From an uncultured Nitrospiraceae bacterium (GTDB lineage Bacteria; Nitrospirota; UBA9217), in NCBI GenBank assembly GCA_964447405.1, contig CAYUSP010000003.1, positions 691,723 through 755,722 on the forward strand: DNA of 64,000 bases. Reading direction: 5' to 3'. The notes under the pieces were generated by a model, which saw nothing but the letters and a program-made list of their open reading frames with translations, was not told the origin of the DNA and ran no database searches. A program made the translations under genes and the position numbers. This document shows, piece after piece, positions 36,899 through 50,056 of the stretch; the stretch's first letter is position 1; every line of letters begins with the position of its first letter.

Positions 36899-38995
36899 TT
36901 ATACCGCCGCCAGCTTATACAGAGGAAGGACCACCCGGAACGTGGTTCCCTGCCCCTGCTCGCTCTGAACCTCGATGCTGCCGCCATGATTTTGCACGAT
37001 GCGATAGCTGATAGAGAGCCCCAGCCCTGTACCGTCTCCTTTCTCCTTGGTGGAGAAGAACGGCTCAAATATTTTATTCTTGTGCTCTGCCGCAATTCCC
37101 ACACCGGAGTCCCGGATAACAACGAAACATTCCTGCTCGGACGCGATATCGACGTTGATCGCGATAACTCCTCCGTGCGGCATGGCCTGGAGCGCATTGT
37201 TCAGGATATTAATGAACACCTGCTTCATTTCATTATGATCCATGTTGACGATCACCGGCGATTCAGGATAGTCCTCCTGAATCCTGACGGACGCCTGCTC
37301 GGCAATACCCTGCAGCAGCGCCACGGTCTCCCGGAGCGGCTGGGTCAGATCCCCCGGCTGCATCCATGACGGCCGCTGACGCGCGAAGTCGAGCAGATTG
37401 CGGATGATCTTGCGCACCCTGAGCGTCTCCTGCTCCATCAGCCCGAGAATCCGCTTCGGCTCATCCGGCAGGTCAAGTGTCTTGATCAAGTGGGTCGTAT
37501 ACCCAAGCACGCTCGTCAGCGGATTGTTGATCTCGTGAGCAACATTCGCCGAGAGCTCGCCGATGGCCACCATCCTCGTGGAATGGAGGAGCTGTTCCTG
37601 AGTGGCATGGAGCTCGCTCATTTTCCCCTTCAGGTCGGAATAGAGAGAGGCATTCTGCAGAGCTGCGGCAGCAAGGCTCGAAAACACGGTGAATAGCCTG
37701 AGATCATGTTTGTCGAAGTTCGTTCCGCCCTTTTTGTTGACTGCGGTGATCAACCCCGTCATAGTATTCGCTGACCACAGCGGGATGGTCATGATGCTCC
37801 TGAAGCCGAGCGATTTCATGGAGGTACTGTCGAGTCTGAAGTCAGCCAGGGCATCGGGAATCAGGAGCGGCGTGCCATAGCTTACCAGCCAGTTGTATAT
37901 GCCCCCCGCCTCGACCGGCATCTCCAGCCCCCGGATAACATGCGATCGGGAGCCGTATACTCCCAGATATTTGAGCATGCGGTCGGACCGGTCAACCACG
38001 GAAATGGCGATCGTATCGGCCCTTACGAGGTCCTCCGCTCTTGCAGCGATCTTGACCAGCAGCGCCTCCTGGTCAAGGCTTTCCATAAGGTCAAGGCCGG
38101 CGGTATGCAGCAGAAAGAGGTCCCGGTTCCCGCGAGATAGACTGGTATCGCGGGTCCGGAGCGTCAGCGCCATCTGGTTGAACGTGTGGCCGAGTTTGCT
38201 GATCTCATCAGATCCCTTGACAGGGAAAGGAGTATCCCAATCCTGCTGGCTCAACCGGTCGGCTGCCTTGCTGAGCTGAAGGATGGGCCGCGTAATGCTG
38301 ATCGCGATGATCTGGCTGAATGCCAAGCCGACCAGCAGGATCCCGATCAGCGCAACCGCGGATTTTGTTATAAATCCCGAGAATTTCTGCTCAAACCGTT
38401 GACTGGAGATGCCCGCCCGGACATACCCCACTCGGTCGGCTCCCGACATGACCGGAAGCGTAAGATCATACACGCCGTCTGCCTTGATGCGGAACACGGG
38501 TTCCGTGATGCCGCCGTCGGAATCGCAGTGAAGCGTGGTATCCTCGCGGTCCTGCAGGTTGCTGCCGGGCCTTGTATAAAAGGAGGCGCCGCTACTTAAA
38601 TATACCTCCGCGGCCGTACTGGCGATGAGCATTTTACATGCATGATTGTACACCATCAGATACCGCAGGGAATTGCCGGAATGGGACTCATCATCGGCCG
38701 CAAAAGGGGGGGCTATCTTCCGATAAATCTCGAGCAGGTTCCCTGTGGTAATATCATCAGCGGTAAGCGCCGCTATTTCTCGGGCCACATACAAAGCCCT
38801 GTCCCTGATCTCGGCATCCAGGGTCCTTTTCGCCTCCCGAAAATAGAACGCACCCACCAGCGAGGCAACCAGGATAAGAGCTACTGTCATAAAAAAAGAC
38901 ACTCTGCATCCGATGCTGCCCCACCACCAGAAGAGAGCCCTGCGCAATCTATCCGATATAACTGAGTTTTCCCCGATTGAATGCGTCTTGGCCAT
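36899..38995 (-). CDS. Sensor histidine kinase (periplasmic sensor + HAMP + GAF + HisKA + HATPase)
   Basis: 698 aa with 2 TM segments, H-box ...SANVAHEINNPLTSV..., and G-boxes ...GDGTGLGLSISY.... Confidence 0.85.
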   Translation of the reverse strand: MAKTHSIGENSVISDRLRRALFWWWGSIGCRVSFFMTVALILVASLVGAFYFREAKRTLDAEIRDRALYVAREIAALTADDITTGNLLEIYRKIAPPFAADDESHSGNSLRYLMVYNHACKMLIASTAAEVYLSSGASFYTRPGSNLQDREDTTLHCDSDGGITEPVFRIKADGVYDLTLPVMSGADRVGYVRAGISSQRFEQKFSGFITKSAVALIGILLVGLAFSQIIAISITRPILQLSKAADRLSQQDWDTPFPVKGSDEISKLGHTFNQMALTLRTRDTSLSRGNRDLFLLHTAGLDLMESLDQEALLVKIAARAEDLVRADTIAISVVDRSDRMLKYLGVYGSRSHVIRGLEMPVEAGGIYNWLVSYGTPLLIPDALADFRLDSTSMKSLGFRSIMTIPLWSANTMTGLITAVNKKGGTNFDKHDLRLFTVFSSLAAAALQNASLYSDLKGKMSELHATQEQLLHSTRMVAIGELSANVAHEINNPLTSVLGYTTHLIKTLDLPDEPKRILGLMEQETLRVRKIIRNLLDFARQRPSWMQPGDLTQPLRETVALLQGIAEQASVRIQEDYPESPVIVNMDHNEMKQVFINILNNALQAMPHGGVIAINVDIASEQECFVVIRDSGVGIAAEHKNKIFEPFFSTKEKGDGTGLGLSISYRIVQNHGGSIEVQSEQGQGTTFRVVLPLYKLAAV

Positions 38996-39222
38996 AGGAA
39001 GCAGGAGAGTACAACTGGGTCATAGTAACATAAAAGCACAGAGGTGTAAATCCATTTAAAGACAACCGGACGACTACGAACAACAGCTTTTGTAAAGGCG
39101 GGCGTCAACGGATACTCCTGCAGTTCCTTGAGCAGAACTTCAGAAATAGCCTTGCGGACAATGGATATTCTGCGTTGCGGACGAAATACTTATGCCCCCG
39201 CAGGACGGGAAACAGCCGCGTA

Positions 39223-40029
39223 TCACTTCACCAACTCCCCATACTCTCCGGGTCGGCGCTTTTTCAAAAAGCCCCAGGTCTGCACAGCTGCTTCCCGTTC
39301 AGCAAGATCGATATCAGCCAGTACGATCGCTTCCTTGCCTCCGGCAAGATCGGAAACCGTCTCCCCCCAGGGGTCCGCGCAGAAACTCCGCCCGTAAAAG
39401 GACAGCTCCCCCTCTTTCCCCACGCGATTCACCCGGAACACGAATATGTTGTTGGTGAACGCGTTCGAGGAGACCGCACGTTCCCAAAGGGTATGGGTAT
39501 TGATCGATGCCGCGGTGGGCGCAAACACAATTTCCGCGCCCCTGAGCGCAAGGACGCGGCTGGCCTCGGGGAACAGGTTGTCCCAGCAGATCTGGACGCC
39601 GATCCTGCCCTGCGATGTCTCGTATACGGGCAGGCCTGCGTCGCCGGGCGAGAAATAGAATTGTTCACGGTATTGAGGCAGATCGGGGATGTGCAGTTTT
39701 CGGTAGGTCCCGAGATGTTTTCCGCAATCGAAGACTGCGGCGCTGTTGTAATATTTCCCGCTGGCTGATTCGAAGAATGGGACGATGATCACGGTCCCGG
39801 TCTTTTGCGAAGTATGCTGGAACCGGCCCAATGTCTCACCCAGGGGATTGATCGCCCAGGAGAAGAGGGTCTTGTCCTCCTGTTTCGGGAACCAGCGAGT
39901 GAGGAAAAGTTCGGGATAGCAGATAATCCTCGCTCCTCTCTCGGCAGCCACTTCCGCCATCTCAAGAGCGCGCTGGATGTTCCGTTCGGTTTCCGGACCG
40001 GCGCTTATCTGTATGCCCGCGATTCGCAT
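39223..40029 (-). CDS. Carbon-nitrogen hydrolase family protein (nitrilase superfamily)
   Basis: 268 aa with an E-K-C catalytic triad context (...ICYPELF..., ...RKLHIP..., ...QICWDNLFPE...). Confidence 0.8.
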   Translation of the reverse strand: MRIAGIQISAGPETERNIQRALEMAEVAAERGARIICYPELFLTRWFPKQEDKTLFSWAINPLGETLGRFQHTSQKTGTVIIVPFFESASGKYYNSAAVFDCGKHLGTYRKLHIPDLPQYREQFYFSPGDAGLPVYETSQGRIGVQICWDNLFPEASRVLALRGAEIVFAPTAASINTHTLWERAVSSNAFTNNIFVFRVNRVGKEGELSFYGRSFCADPWGETVSDLAGGKEAIVLADIDLAEREAAVQTWGFLKKRRPGEYGELVK

Positions 40030-40149
40030 GGTGTGCAGTCAACAACGAAGGATGCGTATGATCGCGGTTATTATTCCACCTGCCCCGTATTCACGGTTCC
40101 ACTGATAGGCTCCGGGTACAGGCTCCGCGATCCTTAATCCGCACTCAAA

Positions 40150-42786
40150 TTACTTCCCATGGCACTTTTTGTACTTCTTCCCGCTTCCGCAGGGGCAGGG
40201 ATCGTTCCGTCCCACTTTGGCTCCCGCGTGCACCGGCTGGGGGACCGAGGCTGCCGCTTCGCCGGCCCCGACGAACGTGAGATTGGCGATCTGGCGCTTC
40301 TGCTTCCGTTCGATCTCCTCGCCCTGGTCTTTGGCTGCGGCCTTGATCCGGAAGAGGTTCTCGACGGTGGTCTCGACGATGCGGAGCTTCATTTCCTCGA
40401 ACATTTCGAAGCCTTCTTTTTTATATTCGATGAGCGGGTCCTTCTGTCCGTATCCCCGGAGTCCGATGCCTTCCTTGAGGTGGTCCATGGCAAGCAGGTG
40501 GTCCTTCCACTGGTAGTCCACGGCCTGCAGCATGAAGACCTTTTCGAGGTGGCGCATGAGTTCTGGACCGGCCTGCTGCTCCTTCTCGTCATAGCTTTGC
40601 TTCAGGGCCTGCCACAATTTTTCGCGGAACTCATCGCGGGACAGGTTCTGCGGATCGATGGTGCCCATGCGGTAGGAAAACTTCGCGGCCAGCACATCGG
40701 TGAGGCCGGTGATATCCCAGGCTTCGGAATAGGCGTCTTCGGGGCAGTAGAACCCGAGCATGCCGTCGAGCATTTCCTCGGCAAGGCCGAGCATCTCATC
40801 TTTCAGATCCGTGCCGGAAAGGATCTGGCGGCGCTGTTCGTAGATCACCTTCCTCTGCTGGTTCATGACATCGTCGTACTCGAGGATGTGCTTCCGCATC
40901 TCAAAGTTGTGCGCTTCGACCTTCTTTTGCGCATTCTCAATGGCGCGCGACACCATGCGGTGTTCGATCGGCATATCCTCTTCCATGCCCAGTTTGCCCA
41001 TGAGCCCCGAGATGCGGTCCGATCCGAATATCCTGAGCAGGTCATCCTCAAGCGAAAGATAAAACCGCGACGAACCGGGGTCGCCCTGCCGGCCCGAACG
41101 GCCGCGAAGCTGGTTGTCGATCCGCCGCGCCTCATGCCGTTCCGTGCCGAGGATATGGAGCCCGCCTGCGGCGATCACTTTTTCCTTTTCAACGGCGCAA
41201 AGCTCCCTGAACTGGGCCAGCGTCTTGTCCCATTCCTCAGAGGTATATTCCTTGCCTTTGAGCGCCTGGCGCGTGAGCCCTTCGGGATTGCCTCCCAGCA
41301 CGATGTCCGTGCCGCGGCCTGCCATGTTCGTGGCGATCGTAACAGCTGCATGCCGGCCTGCCTGGGCCACGATCTCGGCCTCCATCTCGTGGTACTTGGC
41401 ATTCAGCACCGAGTGCCGGATGCCCTTCTTTTTTAGCAAGGCAGCCAGGGTCTCGGATTTGACGATGGATATGGTGCCCACGAGGACCGGCTGGCCGTTC
41501 TTGTGCAGTTCCTCGATTTCCCTGATGGCAGCCAGGAACTTGCCCTGCTCGGTCTTGTAAATGTAGTCGGCGCTGTCCTTGCGCACCATGGGGCGGTGCG
41601 TGGGAATGACCAGCACATCAAGATTGTAAATCTTCCCGAACTCCGCGGCCTCGGTCTCCGCTGTTCCGGTCATGCCCGCGAGCTTGGCATAGAGGCGGAA
41701 GTAATTCTGGAACGTGATCGAGGCAAGCGTCTGGTTCTCGTTCTCGATCTTGACGCCTTCCTTTGCCTCGATGGCCTGGTGCAGGCCGTCGCTCCAGCGC
41801 CTGCCGGGCATGAGCCTGCCGGTGAACTCGTCCACGATCATAACCTGATCGTCCTTGACCACGTAGTCCACATCGCGGCTGAACAACGCATGGGCCTTGA
41901 GCGCCTGATGCACATGATGCACGAGGTCCACGTTGGCGGGGTCGTACAGGTTCCCGGCGCCGAGCATTTTTTCGACCTTGATGTTTCCATCTTCGGTCAG
42001 GGCCGCAGTCTTGGTCTTTTCCTCGATCGTATAGTCCGTGTTCTTCTGCAGGCTCGGGATGATCCGGTTTATCTTGTAGTATTTGTCCGTGGAATCTTCC
42101 GTGGGTCCGGAGATGATCAGCGGGGTCCTGGCCTCATCGATCAGGATCGAGTCCACCTCGTCGACAATGGCGAAATTGAGCTCGCGCTGGACGTAATCAG
42201 CAAGATCGAACTTCATGTTGTCGCGAAGGTAATCGAATCCGAACTCGTTGTTTGTGCCGTAGGTCACGTCCGCGGCGTAAGCCTGCTGCCGCTGCTCGTC
42301 GGTAAGGCCGTGCACGATCACGCCGACCGTGAGACCCAGGAACGAATACACGGGCCCCATCCACTGAGCATCGCGGCGGGCGAGATAGTCGTTCACGGTC
42401 ACCACGTGAACGCCCTTTCCTGAGAGGCTGTTCAGGTACACGGGAAGCGTCGCAACCAGGGTCTTGCCTTCACCGGTCTTCATCTCAGAGATCTTGCCCT
42501 GGTGCAGGACGATGCCGCCGATGAGCTGCACATCAAAGTGGCGCATGCCCAGGGTCCGCTTGGACGCCTCGCGCACGACCGCGAACGCCTCGGGAAGCAT
42601 GTCGTCCAGCGTCTCACCGTCTTCGAGCCGCTTCCTGAACTCATCAGTTTTGGCCCGCAGCTCGGCGTCGGAAAGCCGGGCAATTCCGTCCTCCTGCGCA
42701 TTAGTCGCGTCCACCAGATGCTGAATGCGCTTTAATTCCCGCTCATTCGCGGTGCCGAACATTTTTTTCAGGATCGATCCGATCAT
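40150..42786 (-). CDS. secA: Preprotein translocase ATPase SecA
   Basis: 878 aa with DEAD motor motifs and the C-terminal zinc finger [14 protein letters not shown]. Confidence 0.95.
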   Translation of the reverse strand: MIGSILKKMFGTANERELKRIQHLVDATNAQEDGIARLSDAELRAKTDEFRKRLEDGETLDDMLPEAFAVVREASKRTLGMRHFDVQLIGGIVLHQGKISEMKTGEGKTLVATLPVYLNSLSGKGVHVVTVNDYLARRDAQWMGPVYSFLGLTVGVIVHGLTDEQRQQAYAADVTYGTNNEFGFDYLRDNMKFDLADYVQRELNFAIVDEVDSILIDEARTPLIISGPTEDSTDKYYKINRIIPSLQKNTDYTIEEKTKTAALTEDGNIKVEKMLGAGNLYDPANVDLVHHVHQALKAHALFSRDVDYVVKDDQVMIVDEFTGRLMPGRRWSDGLHQAIEAKEGVKIENENQTLASITFQNYFRLYAKLAGMTGTAETEAAEFGKIYNLDVLVIPTHRPMVRKDSADYIYKTEQGKFLAAIREIEELHKNGQPVLVGTISIVKSETLAALLKKKGIRHSVLNAKYHEMEAEIVAQAGRHAAVTIATNMAGRGTDIVLGGNPEGLTRQALKGKEYTSEEWDKTLAQFRELCAVEKEKVIAAGGLHILGTERHEARRIDNQLRGRSGRQGDPGSSRFYLSLEDDLLRIFGSDRISGLMGKLGMEEDMPIEHRMVSRAIENAQKKVEAHNFEMRKHILEYDDVMNQQRKVIYEQRRQILSGTDLKDEMLGLAEEMLDGMLGFYCPEDAYSEAWDITGLTDVLAAKFSYRMGTIDPQNLSRDEFREKLWQALKQSYDEKEQQAGPELMRHLEKVFMLQAVDYQWKDHLLAMDHLKEGIGLRGYGQKDPLIEYKKEGFEMFEEMKLRIVETTVENLFRIKAAAKDQGEEIERKQKRQIANLTFVGAGEAAASVPQPVHAGAKVGRNDPCPCGSGKKYKKCHGK

Positions 42787-43124
42787 CTAACAGTTCTCCA
42801 GCACAGCATGGTCATATGACAGCGGCTCATATTATCATTTTTCGCACGGATTTCAAGTAAATAATCCGTTTGACCGCGTTGTTTGGCCCTTGTCTCTCGC
42901 CGCTTGATGTCGAATGTCAGACCGTACCAAGCAGTACACCGAAGGGACTCCACCTGCACCATCGGGATCAAGGGAGCAGAATCCCGTCCGTTCACTCCAT
43001 GAAGGTACCGCTCACTGCGGGTTATGCCAGTGTCAATACCATTATAGACATTGCAGGACCCGTCTTGACATCGTGCGCTTCATGAGATATGGTTAGCTAT
43101 ATTTCGGATCCATTCCAGATATGA

Positions 43125-45518
<2,394 letters not shown>

Positions 45519-45601
45519 TAGAGTCAGAGCGAAGGCCTGTCACGGATTACCTGCGGTGTGATCAAGTAATACCGGCATAAGTTGTTTTCGATGCATGATC
45601 A

Positions 45602-45638
45602 GGTCCTATCATCGAGCGGATGATGGGACCTTTTTATT
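45602..45638 (+). terminator. Probable rho-independent terminator after katG
   Basis: The sequence is ggtcctatcatcgagcggatgatgggacctttttatt, a stem with one mismatch followed by a T-run. It ends 14 nt before the cfa start. Confidence 0.5.
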
Positions 45639-45652
45639 CTGGAGATCTAACC

Positions 45653-46702
45653 ATGAGCATGATCATCGAACTTGCAGAGAACGGCCGCCTGCCGGATGCG
45701 CTAATCCGCGCCGGTATCCGGACGCTCAATCGGCAGCGACTTCGTGAAGAGCAGCGCGGCGGCATCGAGGCGCTCCGCGAGCACCAGCGCCAGTTCATCG
45801 CAATGCTGCGCTAGAGCCCCATCGCAGTCCTGACCGAGGCTGCGAACGAACAGCACTACGAGGTCCCGCCGGAGTTCTTCCTCCTCGCACTGGGGAAGAA
45901 CCGCAAGTACAGCTGCTGCTATTATCCGACTGGGATGGAGAGCCTGAACGAGGCAGAGGAGAGGATGCTCGCGCTCACCTGCGAGCGAGCGCAGCTCTCC
46001 GATGGCATGGACATCCTGGAGCTCGGCTGCGGATGGGGTTCCCTCACGCTCTGGATGGCGGAGCAGTATCCAAAGAGTCGGATCACGGCCGTGTCGAACT
46101 CCAATCCCCAACGGGAGTTCATCACAGCACTCTGCCGTGACAGGGGCATCGGGAACGTCCTGGTGGTCACGGCGGACATGAACAATTTCTGCACTGAGAA
46201 TCGCTTCGACAACGTCGTGTCGGTCGAGATGTTCGAGCACATGCGGAACTATGAACTGCTGCTCCGAAAGGTCGCTTCCTGGATGCGGCCCGGCGCAAAG
46301 CTCTTCGTCCACATCTTCTGCCACAAGGAATATGCCTACCTGTTCGAGGACGAGGGCGAGGACAACTGGATGGGGAGGCATTTTTTCAGTGGCGGCATCA
46401 TGCCATCCGACGACCTGCTGCTCTATTTCCAGGATGATGTCGCCATTGAGAACCACTGGCGCGTGGACGGGACCCACTATGAGAGGACCGCGAACCACTG
46501 GCTGCAGAACATGGACGCGCGGAAGGAAGCAGTCATGCCGGTCCTGGAGCGGACCTACGGGATGCAGGACGCCGCCCTATGGTTCCAGCGATGGAGGCTC
46601 TTCTTCATGGCCTGCGCCGAGCTGTGGGGGTTCCGCGATGGCCAGGAATGGTGGGTGGCGCACTATTTATTCAGAAAACGATCGGTCAGACAACCATCCT
46701 AA
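45653..46702 (+). pseudogene. cfa: Cyclopropane-fatty-acyl-phospholipid synthase gene interrupted by an in-frame TAG at 45812-45814
   Basis: One continuous frame reads MSMIIELAENGRLPDALIRAGIRTLNRQRLREEQ...[44 protein letters not shown]...[13 protein letters not shown].... Both sides of the stop align to the Cfa family. The 3' ORF alone (45935..46702) would lack the N-terminal segment. Confidence 0.6.
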
Positions 46703-46782
46703 CAAAGGAGTCTTCCAGGTCCAGAAGGCTTCGGTGATCGATGGTTTCGTCCGCCAAGAGCGGAGGGACCAAGGCGAAGGGG

Positions 46783-47631
46783 CTATTGCAAAGTCCGCAG
46801 ATAGGAGATCACCGCCGCCAGATCAGCGGGTGTCAGCTTGCTGGTGGCATTTGTGACGACCTCTTCCATGGCCTTGTTGGCCACGTCGCCGTCCGGCAGT
46901 ATTCCGGTCTTCAAATACTTCGCCAGATCCTGATCGCTCCATTTTTTCAGCCGTGATGACGTCAGGTCAGGAACCTTCTTGCCGTCCGGGCCAATACCGC
47001 CTTTGAGATAGCTCTTCTTCTTGGGAGCACCAGCCAGGTTGCGAGGCGTATGACATTCGCCGCAATGCCCCACCGCCTGGACCAGATAGGCCCCGCGGTC
47101 GACAGATCCCGAACGCACGTGATCCGGAACGAACGGCCCGGGCGTGAAGAACAGCCACTGCCAGCCCCGGAGAGGGAAACGCATCCCGAAGAGCGGCCCG
47201 AGGTCATGCGGCCGGCTTGCGAGCTTGTCCGGTTTGAGTGAGCGCAGATAGGACCACAGGTCCTTCAGGTCGCTGTCACTGATCCCCGTGAATGAAGGAT
47301 ACGGGAATGCCGGGAAGTAGATCGCTCCATCGGGACGGACGCCATGGCGCATGGAACGGATGAAGTCGGATTCGCTCCAGCGACCGATTCCCCTATCGTT
47401 GTCCGGAGTGATATTCGGTCCGAAGAACGTGCCAAAGGGGGTCTTGAGCGCGCGTCCGCCTGCATAGGGTATAGCGCCTTCCCGGTCCTCGGTGTGGCAT
47501 CCCGCGCAATTGGCAATGCTTGCCAGATAGGCGCCCCGCTTCACATCCTCAACCGTTCCCGCCAGGCCATTCGATCCGGTCAGCAGCAGAACGAACAATC
47601 CGATAGCGACTGTCTGTTTCCTGTTTCCCAT
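46783..47631 (-). CDS. Diheme c-type cytochrome (two CXXCH)
   Basis: The start is taken at MGNRKQTV. It has a signal peptide and the heme motifs CAGCH and CGECH. Confidence 0.75.
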   Translation of the reverse strand: MGNRKQTVAIGLFVLLLTGSNGLAGTVEDVKRGAYLASIANCAGCHTEDREGAIPYAGGRALKTPFGTFFGPNITPDNDRGIGRWSESDFIRSMRHGVRPDGAIYFPAFPYPSFTGISDSDLKDLWSYLRSLKPDKLASRPHDLGPLFGMRFPLRGWQWLFFTPGPFVPDHVRSGSVDRGAYLVQAVGHCGECHTPRNLAGAPKKKSYLKGGIGPDGKKVPDLTSSRLKKWSDQDLAKYLKTGILPDGDVANKAMEEVVTNATSKLTPADLAAVISYLRTLQ

Positions 47632-47700
47632 ATCCACTCCATCCTGTGACAAAGAAGACCCCGCCCATCAGGGCGGGGCCGTACCAAGCCATCAATGTCC

Positions 47701-48162
47701 CTACTGTTTCTTTTCACGGAAATTGTCGTGGCACCCGCCGCAGGTCTTGCCGAGTGCGCCGATAGCACCCTTTGTGGCGGCCTCGTCCTTACCTTTGGAT
47801 GCGGCGACCAGCTTGGCCACGGCTGCCTGCGTCTCATCCGTTGCCGCCTTAAACTTCGCCGTGTCGGAAAAGACCGCGGGGAGCGAGGCGGATTTTTCCT
47901 TTGCCGTGGCGGCATCAAAGCCGTCCCAGGGCATCTTGGCAAGCACTTCCAGGTACCCGGCATTGCGCGCGACGGTCTCCGCGTTGAAGGGGGCTTCGCC
48001 TTTCGCCATTGCGACAAGCGGGCCAAAATACTTCCCCTGCAGCGTCATGGCTGCCTGACGCTGCTTGACAAGCACCTCGGGTTTCATCTGTGAGAACGCC
48101 GTGACCGCAAGACCAGCAAACACCGCCATTGTTACGACCGAAACGAGCACCATCTTCTTCAT
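47701..48162 (-). CDS. Cytochrome c' (class II c-type cytochrome)
   Basis: 153 aa with a signal peptide, a four-helix-bundle-like sequence, and a single C-terminal heme site ...GKTCGGCHDNFR. Confidence 0.8.
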   Translation of the reverse strand: MKKMVLVSVVTMAVFAGLAVTAFSQMKPEVLVKQRQAAMTLQGKYFGPLVAMAKGEAPFNAETVARNAGYLEVLAKMPWDGFDAATAKEKSASLPAVFSDTAKFKAATDETQAAVAKLVAASKGKDEAATKGAIGALGKTCGGCHDNFREKKQ

Positions 48163-48413
48163 TACACACCTCCGTTGTTGGAATTACCCTGTCAGAACCG
48201 TAGCCAGGGTGTTTGATTAGATATCAAAATATACCATATTTCGAACCAGTCGGCATCCGCTTGATCGGCTCCGGATGGTCGCAAGAACTCTCCGGCTGAC
48301 AAGAGAAGATGCCAGGTTGAGCAGGAATGGTGTGCGGTGCACTACCTCTTTACGCAATGCTGACGGTTCTCTCTGATTCGTGCCATACAGTGCAGCATAT
48401 AGGTTTTTTTCTT

Positions 48414-48809
48414 CTAGAAACCGCCCATCCTCGACGCCAGCAGCGGGCAGAGCGCCATGATGGCCATGCCCAGCCCCAGCAGGTTCCCCTTCCTGATGTC
48501 AAAGTCATCCAGGATGGTCTCCCAGCGCATCTTCAGGATGAACCGGCCCACCACGACATCGAACAGCCCCATGAAGAGGGACAATGATATCCCGAGGACC
48601 AGCAACCCCCCGTCGGCCCTGATGTGCAAGAACGGCACATAGTAGTAGCAGATGAGCAGACAAAGGGCCAGCGCAGGCAGCAGCGATATCCGCTTCGCAT
48701 TCATCACTCCGACCCGCTTGTTCAGAAAGATCGTTCTGGCGATCCCGTTCAGCATTTCCGAGGCGGCGACAAGAATGAATAAACCGATTACGTGCAGGAT
48801 GAAGGTCAT
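48414..48809 (-). CDS. Hypothetical small membrane protein
   Basis: About 130 aa with 3-4 TM helices. I recognise no family. Confidence 0.35.
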   Translation of the reverse strand: MTFILHVIGLFILVAASEMLNGIARTIFLNKRVGVMNAKRISLLPALALCLLICYYYVPFLHIRADGGLLVLGISLSLFMGLFDVVVGRFILKMRWETILDDFDIRKGNLLGLGMAIMALCPLLASRMGGF

Positions 48810-48854
48810 GCGATCATTTCCTTCCGAAATAATCGAGCCAGAGGGCATCAAAGG

Positions 48855-49466
48855 TCAGGATGTTCGTGGCTTGTAACCAAGAATGGCCCAGAGCACCCAG
48901 AGCGACAGGTTCATGCCAAGGCCCAGATAGCCGTTATAGAGCGCGACGATCGTGGATGCGGCGTACACCACCATGCCGTACCGGTAGGCAATCGAGATCT
49001 TCCGCACATGGGCCGCCGAGATGCCGTGCTGCAGCAGGTCTCCGCGTACCATGCACTGCCAAATGAGATTGTAGCCGATGCTGATGAAGATGAAGGTCCC
49101 GCAATAGAATGCGGCGGCCGCGTTCAGCGCCCTGCCGTCGAGGTATTCGGCGAGCAGCGATGTGGGAAAGGGTACGAAACTGATCAGGAGCAGCAGGAAA
49201 CCGTTTGCATACAAGAAACCTGGATTGGTCCGCCGAACCATGTTGAACAAGCCATGGTGGTTGATCCACATGATCAGGATGGCAAAGAAGCTGAGCAGAA
49301 AGGCAAGGAACGACGGCCAGAGGCCGATGAGCGCCCCGGCAAGTTCCGCCGGTGAACTGTCGTGCGACATTTTTGGCACCTTGATCTCGAGGATCAAAAG
49401 CGTGATAGCGATGGCGAACACGCCGTCGCTGAAAGCTTCGACCCTGCCTGTTTCCTTTTCTTGCAT
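48855..49466 (-). CDS. DUF1211 / TMEM175-like potassium channel family protein
   Basis: ...RVEAFSDGVFAIAITLLILE... is the family-defining motif. There are 6 TM helices. Confidence 0.75.
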   Translation of the reverse strand: MQEKETGRVEAFSDGVFAIAITLLILEIKVPKMSHDSSPAELAGALIGLWPSFLAFLLSFFAILIMWINHHGLFNMVRRTNPGFLYANGFLLLLISFVPFPTSLLAEYLDGRALNAAAAFYCGTFIFISIGYNLIWQCMVRGDLLQHGISAAHVRKISIAYRYGMVVYAASTIVALYNGYLGLGMNLSLWVLWAILGYKPRTS

Positions 49467-49546
49467 GGGATCCTCTCTTGTGATTAGCATCGTCCGTCGG
49501 TTCGTGACCCTATAAGTTCGGCAGCGACGGCCCGCCCCCGCAGGCG

Positions 49547-50038
49547 TCATTTCACGGGGACGAGGACGATATCGAACGTCCCTTTCCGGCTCCCCTCTTC
49601 GCGATACTGCTGCGTCATCAGGATATCGAATCCCGGGGCCGAGACCCGGAGATGAATGTGCGGCGGCCTGCCCGAGTACGGCGGCGGGACATGGCTCTCA
49701 AACCGGTATGCGCCTTTCCCGTCGGCAATGACCGTTGCGCGATAGGCGTCGCCATATCCGCCGTCCGGCCCGGCAAGCCACAGTTCGATGACCGCACCTT
49801 TGATCGGAGCGCAGTCCTTCGCCGAGCGGACCATGCCCTCGAGGACATACCCTTTCCCCACGCTTGCGCGCACCGGCGAGCCAGGCTCGTAATACGGACC
49901 GAGAGCATCGGGTTCCGTCGGCCTACAGGAGCCCGCATTCGCATCGAGCTGCAAGAGCAGCAGGAGTACGGCCGACAGAAAGGGCCGTAAGCCACGTCTT
50001 CTCATGGCATCCTCGGCATTGCCCGGTGTTGTCTTCAT
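49547..50038 (-). CDS. Intradiol ring-cleavage dioxygenase-like protein, secreted
   Basis: It has a signal peptide (probable start at MRRRG, 50005). ...GPYYEPG... and ...PPHIHLRV... are metal-site motifs of the dioxygenase family. Confidence 0.6.
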   Translation of the reverse strand: MKTTPGNAEDAMRRRGLRPFLSAVLLLLLQLDANAGSCRPTEPDALGPYYEPGSPVRASVGKGYVLEGMVRSAKDCAPIKGAVIELWLAGPDGGYGDAYRATVIADGKGAYRFESHVPPPYSGRPPHIHLRVSAPGFDILMTQQYREEGSRKGTFDIVLVPVK

Positions 50039-50056
50039 GCTCGATCCTGTGACGAA

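Noticed and set aside
45812-45814. Pyrrolysine or other recoding at the in-frame TAG in cfa.
   Set aside because: There are no pyl genes in the window. Cfa is not a known Pyl-containing enzyme family. TAG is used as an ordinary stop for the LemA gene. A nonsense mutation or a sequencing error is more parsimonious.
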